Assembly (NCBI GenBank): GCA_040954595.2
Contig: CM082589.2
Span: forward strand, 2,101,498-2,165,497
Direction: 5' to 3'
DNA length: 64,000 nt
Source: Balanoglossus misakiensis
Taxonomy: Eukaryota > Animalia > Hemichordata
Shown: positions 50,301 to 63,200 of the stretch, in pieces
Layout: each line of letters starts with the position of its first letter
Numbering within the stretch: position 1 is the stretch's first letter
Notes under the pieces: generated by a model
Told to the model about the DNA's origin: nothing
Databases searched by the model: none
Seen by the model: the letters and a program-made list of their open reading frames with translations, nothing else
Position numbers and translations under genes: made by a program

Positions 50301-52777
50301 ATTCACAACACTTAAATCATTCTAATCCAAATACCAACCAACAATAAAACAATCCCTTTATTATTGAAGCAACACAAAACCTGAATGGCGACAGAAAAGA
50401 ATGCTTGGCCAAATCTTAATGGGCGAGGTGATTGGCAGTACGACGAACAACCTTACCCAGTGGCATAGACAAGTAAAACCAACACGCATACGAAAACGAA
50501 TTATTTGCAGACGTGCTGCACAGTTTGCAGGCAACCATTGCCGTTATGTACAGTAGAGTGTTTGGTTATTTCAATCACGGCTTACTCGTGGGCAAATAGA
50601 GGATATTGTAGCCGATAACACGTCTCGGCTTAATACCTCTAAATGGGATATTGGGGATTGGGAGGTCAGACCCCGTGGAGTGAATGATTGCCGTGGATCG
50701 TTAGCCAGGATTCGATTCTCACAAATGGAAGGCAGCTTCGGAAATGGAGAGACCATAAAAAACGTGGCCATCAGTCTCTGGATCAAGCAAGGGGAACCTT
50801 ATGATACCAAATTATCCTTATTTATGCGGTTGTGATATTGCTAAGGAGAAAAGGAATTCGCTAGGCTCATACACGTAGCTCGAATGGTCATTTCATTAGC
50901 AAGAGAATCTACTAGGCGGAAAATGAAGTTGTGTATGGGAAGAGTTCGTATCTATCACTCAACTGACAGTATACGACGGACAGTCGAAATATGTTGACTA
51001 CTGCCGACAGACACCATAGCGATCAAATATCCAAACGTTCATAAACAGAAAAAGACAAATGTTACTATTAATTTTACAGCCGCTTCATTCAAAGGAATGT
51101 CTAAGTGACTCCTAGATAAACACTGCCAGAGCGGAACGAAGGGTACTATGCAAACGTGATTTTGTATGCTCCAAGGATTGAACCAGGTCTACGGGTCGGG
51201 ATAAAAGAGCTAGTAACGTCGATGGAAGATGGCAAAGGCGTGTTCGGAAAATAGCACATCATGAAGAGAAATAGCTATCGTTCGCACACCTTTTTTTGTG
51301 AGGCCAATAATTATCATTAAGTACACGAACAGTCTATTAGAAGCGAAAATATCCATTTGAAAAAGCCTTAGAAAAATCAAGAGCAAAAACATATGTTGAC
51401 AGGCAGACGCCCGTGGCCAGATATTGAGTAAATAGCAAAATGGCGCGTTTAAAGCGACGAGGAAGATTTCCTCGAGGCCACTTAATGTCTTCTTCTGAGA
51501 ACGTTCGCCTGTCAATCAAGATGACTGACACATTACAGGGTCTGCTTTCCTTGCTTTCAAGTGCTTTTTATTCTTTATACGCGGACTGCGCAATCTGAGG
51601 GAGAATGCCGACGAGATAAAGCGCTGAAAGGCCGTATTATACAGATATCTAAACTCCGGCGGAATATGCGTGCTCTCTTAATTCTGACTTATTCGGATAT
51701 GTGAAACGACGACAGGCGAGGGAAATCTATGCGGACAGAGGCTATCTATAGTAGCACCTGCGATGTAACAGATACAATATGGAATGTCAAATCGTTATAG
51801 TCGCGACTGAATCGTCTCTAGGTCTTAAAACTGTCTAAATGGTCTCGATATTAGATAAGCCGGCGGAATTAGGCTTATTCTTCTCTGTGAATGAATGGTG
51901 CATGGCATCTTTGAATTCAGTGTCTTCTTCAATATGTGAATGCATGCAGCGGGTCGCGTGTACAAACGCACCTGCCTTATTTCCATTGTGAAAAATGCAA
52001 AAGCGTTAGACTTGATCATTACTCAATTACATTCATCAAAAGGCAACACGCACGTGGCTTTGAATATGTATCTGTTTCCAGGGTAACGACACTGCAAGAC
52101 CCCAATTGTTCATCCCTGTAACTGATTCCTGTAATCCTTTACAGGCGACTGCGCACTGTGATTTTCAGTTGCTTCATTTGCAAATACGGCCCAGTAGGAG
52201 GTCCGCAACCCTGTACCGATTGTGAATCGTTCTCGTGTTATGCTATTTTCCACAACACAATGGGACAAGAATATCATTCATAATATTTGCCGATAAAAAT
52301 AAATTTACTGCAGGATTCAGAACATTTCAGAGACACAAGACATGAGTCCCTATTCCGTGTCAAGGAACCGTCTGGAAAATTGTTCAGAATGTTTACAACG
52401 TTGCAACTACATGCACCATATGCTAACACGTTCCGAAACGCAATCGTGCGTGCACTTAGACTTGTTTTCGTTCACTTAGGAGCACCGAAAACACCACCAA
52501 ATGTTTTCCCGGTGATACCATCTGAATCCTGAGAGTATTTTTCTCAGATACGAGGGAAAAAAATGCGTTCATGCATTATGGACAAAATGCGTGGGTCTCG
52601 GGTGACGACAGTTCCGATAACCTCGAGTCAGTTCCATTTACAGGAAGCGCTCAGAGTCCGACATGGGTTTGCCATAACAGATGTCGCTTGTTTGCGAGCG
52701 ATGCGCAATTTACAGGCGAGGGGCGGAGACAAACACGCCAAGAGGGGTTTGAGAGGATACGGGGAGGGAGAGCTTAC

Positions 52778-52885
52778 CTCGGAAACAGTCGTCCGTCGCG
52801 CCTGAATCCCCAGGAATGTGGAAATAAAAAGCGAGCACGGAGACGGAACACGACAAATGAATTAAGCCTTGCAGCTCTTTAAATA
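52778..52885 (-). promoter_or_regulatory. Candidate core promoter and non-coding first exon (52858-52778) of the H3/H4-like receptor gene
   Basis: Minus strand: TATTTAAA (52885-52878), Inr-like TCATTT with A at 52858 (27 nt downstream), 81-nt exon, GAG|GTAAGC donor at 52777; locally CpG-rich. Confidence 0.4.
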
Positions 52886-55800
52886 GAATCAGAGCGCGTG
52901 AATTTACTGCAGAATACCCGTCTCCTTGAGACATGTACTACAACCGCCCTGAAAGGAAATCACTGTATGCTCTCAAAAGTTATAATCGTAAAGGTAACAG
53001 ATATTACCGTCATCAAATGAAATCCCTGTAACTTTGAAAGACGTTTCTGCAATCTTCGTGACGGATGTCAGAAAATACAAGTATCTTACGTGATTGTGTA
53101 GCGAGAGGTATGTCTCCAAGTTACATTTCACGGTACTGGCGTCGCTGGTTTTGCTGAAATGGATGCGGCGGCGACGACGACTGCAGCAGCTCGGCTATTC
53201 GGAGGCCACTTTACCACGTACACGTGATACTGCTGCGGCGCTGATTAAAAAGCGGGAAATGGTTCTCCAACTCGCCGCACAGAGGCAAATGGCCGCGATT
53301 GGAAGTCTGATAAGTGCGGGAATTAACATGAAGCAAAGTAATGGATGCACCGTTCCTTTGCATGGGAGATATTATCTCTCAACAACCAGAGAGGCCAGTG
53401 TTAAATTGAGTCAGCGAACTATGTATACACCCAAGTCTTGACGACCCCTTCGTGTTTGTACCCCCACCTCCTTCGACTCAGTATCTCGTCAACGAATGAT
53501 TTACACTTGACCTCTCGTTATAAGGTCATCACAGAACAAACAGCCAAGTGCTCGGGAAACCAATGACTCGACTGGTGTTGAGTGTCTCAATTTGATAAAA
53601 AGGACTCATAAAAGTTTTATTTTGGGAAATTTCCAATGGCTGATACAGACCGTTCAATTTTTATTAGCCGGATTTTGCAATGCTTTGATGAAGTTGGCCA
53701 CTGCGTCGGAATAAGTTTCTAATAAGTTCGGTTTAAAGATTGCTAGAGACACAGCAACCTTAGAACAGCTTATTGTAGCATGTGCATTTTGAAGGCTTCT
53801 TCATGGCTCCACTGGTAACCCTACCAAGACATTAGAAGATCGGATGAAGGTTAATCTGTCCTTCATTGTCAGTCTTCTGGTGCCACTATTTGCGTCGATT
53901 TCTTTGTTTTAATCGTACCATTTAAACAAGACGCCATTCTCGAAATTTGATAGATAGTTTCTCAGTAGCTAAGTTAGCTGCACATTCTGAGCTGCCCTTC
54001 ACGTAACTTCATTACAATCTGTACATGATACTTTACAAATAAACATTTGTCAATTTTGGTCAGAATGTCAGCCTTGATTTCTAGCAAAAGATGATCTGCG
54101 AATGTTATATAAACAGGACTTTCTGTGACATACACGCTGTCCACGAATACTGCATTTCAACCAGGAAACATGTGAAGTCATCCTCCAAGTTATTTGCTCA
54201 CCGTCCCCCGAGATAGACTGTAGTACATGCGTCTTGTACCCAAGTTGTAACTGTCTGCCAGTGTACACAAAAATCGTGACAAGCGTAAAGCGAGTGGCAT
54301 CCGCGAACAAACACATTAGACCCATGTTTATGTCTTCACTTGGAAGTTGTATTTGCACTTGTTTGTTCAAAGAAATCACGGCACGAAAGGGAGACAAAAA
54401 TCGTGCTTGTCGACGTCAAGAAACCCCAAGAGTTTGTCACGCAGCAGCTGGTTAATTAAGGCGCACGACACGGTGCATCACGCATGCGTTTGAATACTGA
54501 TTGATACAGGGAACCGTCTTCACAACAATATCGTTGAAATTTACCTCAACCTCCACATGTAGCGACGTGATCTGGCTATTCAATTTAATGAAAAGAGCAT
54601 TTGAACTGTACATCGCCCAACTTAATAGTTCACGATTGTTTACAATAACGTTATAAAGGTGTGAGACTAAAAGCAAAGCGTTGCTACCAAGTTATCAATT
54701 TGTGACTACATTCTTCCAAGAGATGAGACACTGAATTAATGACCAGTAACTGTGGATGTTGTCCACGTGTGACTTATATAAGATGTGCCTGCCCCCTCTG
54801 GCCAGCTATGTGTCTGTCCAGGGCTATTTCAGAGACATGCCTGAAGCAACTGCATTTGAATTCACTGTACAAGGTTAACTGTTCTTGTGTAAAAAAAATT
54901 TACAGGAATATATACACAGACGCCTGTGAACACATCAGCACCACGCCCTAACACCAATAATTTGCTTACGGCTGGAAGGCGACTCTCGTTTTGAGAATGA
55001 AGCAACTGCAATAAAGTCCACCGAACCGTACTGCAATACGGACTAACACCCTCTTCGACGAAAGTAACATTCGTCAATATCTAGCACAAACTTTCCATGA
55101 GATGACTGAGTAATTTATAACCCCAATCGTCATACCTGACTTGCTCAAATTGTTATCGCCATAGTCTTATATCTACTGTGTTCTGGTGTAATGTTTCAAT
55201 TGAAATGAAACCATGGGTGAAAATATTCATGAACCTCATAAAATTCGTGGCCTTATCGTGTCTCTGCCTCCTAAAAATTACAATTAGTCTTCATCTTTCG
55301 TCATGACGAGCTAAGAGATGTATTCGCTTATCATGATGGTAAATTGGGGTGTATTTTAAGGTGTGCTGAAGAAATACGCTATTCTTGTAATCAAAATTAG
55401 GTCATATTTGATTTGAGGACAAAATTGGTTCATTTCCAATTTCTGGGGGCATTGACTCAATGTGCTGCAGATTAGCCGTAATTGTTTCGATTTGATTGAC
55501 GGAATCCTCAGCTAATTTGACCTCAGGAGGTCAACTTGAAGTTCAGGGTTCGGTTTTCCCAGCGTCACCCCCTCGGCAGCGATTGAACCGCTGCCGTGAC
55601 GCGACAAAATGACGATGACAATCTGACAACTGGAACGTCACAGCTCATTTAAAAACATTGTTATGAGTGCGGCAAATCCACTGAGCTTTCGGTTGTACAA
55701 AGGCAGCCATCTGCTGGACAAAATCTGATTTCATTTCAGGGGACTTTCTGACTCCACTATGTCTATGTCTAATACCTTTATCTTGTCACGAAGACGCTGC

Positions 55801-57869
55801 ATCTATCTCTTCCTCTGTCACTTTCTATCTTCTCGTCTGTCTGTATTTCCCCGCCAACACTTACTCCTTACTTTCCCCTCTTTGCATTTTCTACTTTTCG
55901 TTCCAAATTCTACGTGATCGTCAAATGCAATAAGGGAGCGGTCATTTATTTTCCAGTGGGGGTTCCTAGGGATTCATATAACTATGCAACGCCACTTAAG
56001 ACGGCACGAACGTTACATTATTGTTAAAATCTGCACCAATGTAAGTGGTAGGCCACTACAAATGTTTCCCAAATCTTGCGTGCCTTTTTAACATTCAGAG
56101 CTAGGGTAGGTCGATTGTGATCAGTATGGGTACTCAACTGCGAACTGAAAAGGGTTAACGCTGGCCCCCATGGTGTGATAAAGACCATCAGAAACTTACA
56201 ATATCCGATTCCGATCTGCAATAATGTTGTCGGGCAATTTCTCACATGAACAAAATCATGTCATCGCTGTAAATATTGATGAGTGAAATAACTATTCGTT
56301 TCCTACACAGCTTTCTTCCGAAATATGACATGACGATGTCGTTCCTGATAAGGATATACGTGTTCCCTTTCCCTGGGACAAGTTCTTATACCCGACAGAG
56401 AGTGCTCCATTTCCATTAAATATATTGCACTGGAAATCATGATTTATCTCAAGCTGTACGCACGGTTCTTCTCTGTAATTGCACAAGTCGAAGTCGAAAG
56501 GAAAATAAAATGATCAAACAGCCCGATAGGAAACTGGACGTGATTTGAAGATTCGCACTGTTTGGCTTATTGAAAGATGTCTAACTGAATGCATGGCTGG
56601 TTGACTGAAGCAGACAGACGGATAGACAGACTGATCTCGCCAGACTTGGGGAAGGATCCTAGCGACAGGTTTGCTAGCCGAGTAATACAATCGCTTGAAG
56701 ATTTGTACGAAATAGAATGGGTTAAACACGATGGACCATGTGTTGTTTGCCCTGTGTCATATGAGAATTCCCTCGCATGTAAACTTCTTACATTTATCTA
56801 CACAAGATCTTGCAGGGTCTCATGGAATTCAGAAAATAGTCAATTAATCCAACTCGGAAAGAAAATACAAGAGAGATGAGGTTTCGAGGACCTGGTGAGG
56901 TTAAAGTAAAGGACACATTGGTTTGAACCAGATTAATCACCTGGTCTTCACAATTCCTCTCACTTGTAAATGAGACATTCACATTCCCTGAAGCATCGAG
57001 GCAATCTTTAAAAAAATACTACAATCTGAATCCTCAAATCCCCCCTTCCAATTATCAGCCGATCACAGAGAGTGTTCTCCCCGCTAAGCGGGAATTAACG
57101 CAAATCGGCCAGTTCTCCATGACTCGTGGAAAAAGAATTCAATTCCGAAGGATCAGGCAGATGCTATGAGAAATGAAGAGAAGATATTCTCCACTCGACA
57201 GATTTCGACTTGCCCTGGCCATAGGGGACAGGTTTAATCGGTAGTCTGGAGTGTTACTGAGGAGCTGTAATTAACTCGACTTTTCATCTTTTAGGCATGC
57301 GCAGTCTTATTCCTGTTTGCCTGTCGGCATCTCAATGCCTGCCTGCATTTGTCTACTCTGTACGTCTGTCTGTGTCTCCAGGATGCCACAGTATTGGTTG
57401 CTCTTCACTTCCAGATCTTTTTTTTCCTCAAAAGAGTGGCACGTAAGGGAAAGAAGAAATCTCCGCTTTTTTCTGGAGCGTTCAACATATTAATTACTCA
57501 TCCGATACACTTGCGAAAACATTTTGATTAAAAGACTTCGGGTGTGGGAGATTCTGTTGACATTCGACAAAATGTCACATTAAAAAGTAATGGAAAATCA
57601 AGCCGACAATGCACAGGCTCCCAAACAATATTCCAATTACTGTGTGAAATGAATCCAGTGTATCTTCCAAGTTGATCGGTCGCAATGGCGGTCAAGGCCA
57701 ATTCTTTTATCACATCATTTTCCTTCTAACTTGAAAACACCATGGGGAAAGATTTACGGACAAATTGTAGGCGTATATCGTGCCATTTATTAATTAACAC
57801 GTCTATTCTCATGTTCGCCGTTGCGGGCTCCATAGATCTGAATGTTAACATGGAATTAAATAAACAGGG

Positions 57870-58060
57870 TATAGCTATAGTTTGGCAGTTTCTACATCTA
57901 TCTGTATGGAAAGTCAGATGAGTGACATATTTGTACAGAATATGGGACTGCAGCTAATACGTACACACACTATATTCAGGAAAAAACAACAACAAAGTGG
58001 CCGCCTGGTGGCCATATTGGATCGTATTGCCAAACAAATCGACGTGCATGCGTCTTTTGT
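57870..58060. repeat. Probable fragment of a dispersed non-autonomous repeat with core TGGCCGCCTGGTGGCCATATTGGAT
   Basis: Imperfect palindrome 57998-58014 followed by TATTGGATCGTAT...AAACAAATCGACGTGCATG; resembles, from memory, interspersed repeats of marine invertebrate genomes; boundaries are approximate and only one copy is seen here. Confidence 0.3.
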
Positions 58061-60115
58061 ACAAAGGGTGAACTGAACTATCCCTCTTCGTAACGTCCCA
58101 CACACATAAACAGTGAGTCGGATGCGTTCGACGTGACAAAACTTCAAAAATCAATTTCTACATTCAGTGATTAGGCCAACTGCTCTTATATATATGCAAA
58201 TTATTTTTTTTTCTCATCACAGCCCCAGCGCGGTCACGGTCATGAAGATAAATAGGTACAAATTGATTTAATTTGTGACGAAATTAGCAAAAGATTGAAA
58301 TTTATCGCGTCAATCCGAGGGCGGCTGTTAAAAGTCGCATAATGAAAGTGATATAAAAAAACTGTTGACAGGAGGTCAGGGTGTCAGATGATATATGACG
58401 GTTTGCCGTTTAATAGTTGACATGTATTTCAGAGCCCGAGCTCCCTAATAAACTTCCGATGACGTCATGAACCGTGTGCTCCGTACTGTGTTGGTTGACC
58501 GCTTTTTATTTAGATGCAAGTTTAGTGTAAAAAGGACGGATCTCTCTTCAAAGGGGAGGGTCGCTTGAACTGCACATGTGCAAAACATTTGTTTAATGTA
58601 AACACACTGGTACTGATCGTCTCATTCTTCTGAACGTGCCATTGTTGACGAAATGTTGAATTTACATGTGCGCTTGAACTCAAATTCTCATGCTGAACGA
58701 GAGCGCCTTACAAATGCACTGACAAGTCAAATCACACAATTTTCAACGCGACTAGAGCTTGAAAGTGAATGAATGACTGCGAAAATTTGCAGCTATATAC
58801 TGGCCTTCAATTATTGACTCCTCCGAAAGAAGTAGCTAGAACCAATATCGTTAAAAGGCTTGGTGTAAAATTTTGTGCACATATAATTTCCGGGGCTTTC
58901 TCTTGCGGTATAATCGATGGGGCTTTTCCTCGTCTGCTACAAATTACTCCAGCTTATAAAAATAAACTTAAGTACCCAATTTGTTTTCCTGTTAATACAA
59001 TTCATACGCTAGAAGTCGAGAACATCTACGTCAACAGTATAAAGTGCGATGATACCTTTTTTTAATATGGCAATATTACTTTAGGTTTTCCAACCATGGG
59101 AATCGTTTGATTCAAGTCAGTAGGGAATATAAATTGGACTCGACGAAATTCATATGTGTCGGGAATAAATTGTTGGCTCAGAACTTGTCGTTAGTATTGT
59201 TAATTTACCATATCCCTGCGATCGTAAAGAAAGAGATGTTTATGTTCCGGCTCATCCGGCTTGGATATACTTTTACAGCATATGCAATAGCACGATTTTT
59301 TTTAATCGTGTGTAGTAATCAGGAGTCTGAGAGTACTGGGTCTTGGGAAGTGGTCACAACGGTTGCTTCATTAACGAATTAGAAATCAGTAAATACAATT
59401 AGCAGGCGACTGTCCATAGCCAATTTATCAACACAGACTCACGAATGAACGTGCGATGCAAGCGAAGCATCACTGACTCGCTCCTGTGATCGTGGCCTGT
59501 CGTTTTATTGCCCTGACGTGTGACCAAAAACTTGATCCACGAGGAAACGTGGCTGGCATCTGTACGTGATTCTGATCAACCTCAATGCACTCACTGTCTG
59601 ATAGCCTGTTCAGCGATAGCTACACGTACTAGCTCTTCCTGCTGTGAGATGCGCGATTATCTTTTCGTGTGATTTTGTGACAAAGTCTCGTCTCTGCAGG
59701 ATTACATGTTGCTTTCTTCTTTCGAATACTCATATTGTACCTCTGATGTTTGTATGAGATTTTGGGCTTCTTTCCAGGAAAATAGCGAACGTGAGGCTAT
59801 GTAATAGAGATTGAAGACGTTGTAAGCAAATTTGTAGTTGGCACGTTTGGTCATATCCTACTTCAGCTGTAAGTGATAATGTGGCTGGTTTCTTTAATCG
59901 CTTCTCTCAACTCTTCTGCAGGAATCTTGGTTATGCTTTTTGGGATACGTTGATGCATACTGCGATTTGAACAAGTATCTGCGTAGATACCAGCTAGCTA
60001 TATGTCTCCTCATTTTTCACAAATGGAATTAGTCGGCCAGGCTCTGGATGATCTGCACGGCGCGACGACAAGCGCTGATCCGGATGATAGACGACGGCCA
60101 AGACAAAGCACTCAC

Positions 60116-60223
60116 CAAAATTAACAGCAGACCCACATTAGACGTTAGCAATGCCCAAGGCATCAGATGATCCTTTTCCAAGTGCCTACACAATCCTCAA
60201 ATTGCAACGACACGCCAGTGAGG
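60116..60223 (-). other. Candidate 108-nt internal exon (largely non-coding)
   Basis: Minus strand acceptor cttcatcttctccctgtaatCAG| at 60224 and donor TG|GTGAGT at 60115; stops in all three frames. Confidence 0.35.
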
Positions 60224-63200
60224 CTGATTACAGGGAGAAGATGAAGCAACTTTAAGAGGCGTCAAATGTTAATAATTAACTGCTATTGAGATGAAACTCT
60301 GTTCAATAGAGCGAGAACGAGCATGGGAGAGAAAACCAAACGACTTCAAAATTCCCAATTTGTTGCCCTATTCTTTGGGCAGCCACTTCAACATTAAATT
60401 GCATTCTGTCGACATAAAAATGGGAGATCAAGGTTTCCTAGAGCTTGTGAAACGTTACCAAGGAGCAGTTTAATGCCCTCGTATAACATTACTGCCTGGC
60501 AAGCTAGACGAAACTGTCGCATTGATATTCTGGTCAAAATCTTCAATCGACAGTCATACTCGCAAAATATGTATATAAAGTCAAAAACACTGACGCTTAA
60601 CGGCAAATACGGTGGAGTCGGTCGCTTTGAAAATAATGAGAATAAAGTTTATTGAAATTGAGGTGATTTTAACACACTTGCTTGGCAGTCTAAGTATGTA
60701 ATTTATCAAAATAATCAATTTCTAACTGGGCGATATAATCAAGATTGATCTGAAAGGTTGCATAAGATGAGAAGTTGAGTTAGCGGGAGAATAGATGAAA
60801 TCTGACGGTTCTAGATATGATTTAGATCGATCAATCAACGCTCGACGCCGGGTGGAACCACTGAATACATTCGCTGGCAGTCTAGGGTGTCGCCAAGATC
60901 AGGTAATGCCGACATATATGTCTGCGACTCTTGCTTAAACTTTAATTGATTGCGTTAAAAACACGGCAGTTAGAGGGTTTGTGCTGGAGACGCGGCGATA
61001 GTATTTCCTAGCCGCTCATCAACAGCGCTTCGCTTCGATGTTATCGCCAATTAATAGAGTCATTGTAACGAGGCGCAGGACGAAAAAGCAAGATATAATA
61101 TGACAGAGGAAAGCAATCTATTCTCGTTAGAGTCATAAGGCTTGATGATCAGGGGAGCGAGAGCGGGATGATCAAATATGAAGTCAATTTTATACACCGC
61201 CACATTACAACTCCGCTGCGTCTTCTGTGGTACTTATGATGATACCAACGATAGTTTCCTTCAACAAGAGACTCTGGTCCCGAGCGGCAGAAACCAATCT
61301 GTGATGGGGGCGGCAGGTCAAGCCTGAAGTTAAGACGGACAAGACACAGCAATTCTGTACATCTGACCTGTTTTTTCTGAAAAGCTCACTCAATCTAGTT
61401 CTTATCATTCATGACGTACACATTGCCTAGGATACAAATGTTGGAATACCTAGATACAAATTGTATATTTTCTAAATCCTCAAACAATTTACATTTCGAC
61501 GAGCTAACACCTACACGTTCATGAGGCAAGTTAGAGTAACGACCCTGGACCTTCGCTACCAATCTCTAAATACAAATCGACCGTAAACTAATTACAGTTA
61601 TCTTTTGCCTATACATTCCCTTTTTACCTGCGACACAGCACACAGGAATAACCTGGATGATCTTGTGCACATTTTGTTGTTATATTAACACTCGGTGCAG
61701 AATGATCTTCTGTAATTATAAACCGGAAATTAAGTATCTGCAGTATTCAATACCTTAATTAAATAGATTGCAGCCTCAGGTAAGTTCTTCAATAGATAGT
61801 CAAGTACACTATGTGATAACTATCACGTAGGGTATTGATCTTGACGGAGAAAGTATCTCGCAGACAATAAACACCAATGAACATGTATCCCATGGCTTAA
61901 AAGAGTCAAACTTTGCAAACTGACACTTTTCATAAATTAAATTTCCTACCAAACTGCAGATAACCCATGATAGTGAAAGGCAACTTTTACTCATTCTCAA
62001 CATTCATGTACCTTATTTAATAATACTCCTCTTTTGGCACCTTTTGTGACAATTTCAAGAAAATGACAATATTGTAGCAGTTTTCTCAACATTCTACATG
62101 TAGGGCTATGGAATGTGATAACCACACACTGCATCTGGGTAGTCATGCATCTACCTTAATTGATGAGTCGACTCTGAGACAGTGAGCACAGAGAGGAAAC
62201 GTCTCAGTATACATATTTGTCCCCTCGAGGCTTTCCTGTCTAAGTTTCATGAACGACAGCGAAACAACGATCCTCCACGCGTGCCCCAAATGTAATTGGA
62301 ACGATTCAAGCCAGATATCCAATTCACACGACGGCGCTCATGAGGCAATGCCATAAGACACCAATTAGCAAATCGTTAGCAACATGTTCTAGCGACTCTA
62401 GTTGTATGAAACGAGATCACTACAGACTGCGGGTCTCGCGGGGGACGTGATTTGGCGTCTTAATCACCACCAAAAGCCTGTTTCTGCAGCTATAAAAGCG
62501 ATTCCTTAACTAGATCTATTCAGGTCCCAATCAATGTTATCCAGTGTATTCTACAACAGTTTCTAGTTTACATGAAAAGACGATGAGTATAATTTAATGC
62601 TAAACAAAACCTACAGGCGGTCAATTATTCCTACCATGGCAATCAAATCAGTAAATTTCTTAGAAGTGTACGCAAATATTAGTAGACTAGTCTTCCTCTA
62701 GCTCTACAAAACAGAAACAACCTATCTCAAATCAGAATACAACTATTTTAGCGACAAAAAAGTTCAAGCGAAATAAGCTTTTATGGCTTAGTCAGAGTTC
62801 CAAGGGAAATACTAATATACATATGTACTTTGCTGCATGCACGAAGTAAATGTTTGGTGTACCTACATGTACCTGTATGTATACACCAAAAAGTAACAGT
62901 TGATACTGGTAGCATAGTTTTATCTATTTCTGAAAGTATTTCAGATATTTTTAATCTCGCCAGCCTTCATTGAGCACCACTAAATAAATATCGCAGTTTA
63001 TTTATTAACTCTCGTAGAACGCTCCATTGCACGCTATTATTCCACCCCTGCGCACACTCTATATTATTTTGACGTCCAGTCAATCTCCTTTTTGTCTTTC
63101 CAGAAGCTAGCTCTCTGGCATTTCTCATCTCTGTGCACCATACTCTGTGGCGCCACAAACTACATCGTTTGTGGTGAACACTGTAGTGATTGCCAAGGCT

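Noticed and set aside
50141-50347. Poly-His ORF
   Set aside because: Arises from the (CAY)n tract.
54935-54945. REST/NRSE element (TCAGCACCACG)
   Set aside because: Only the left half matches; the GGACAG right half is missing.
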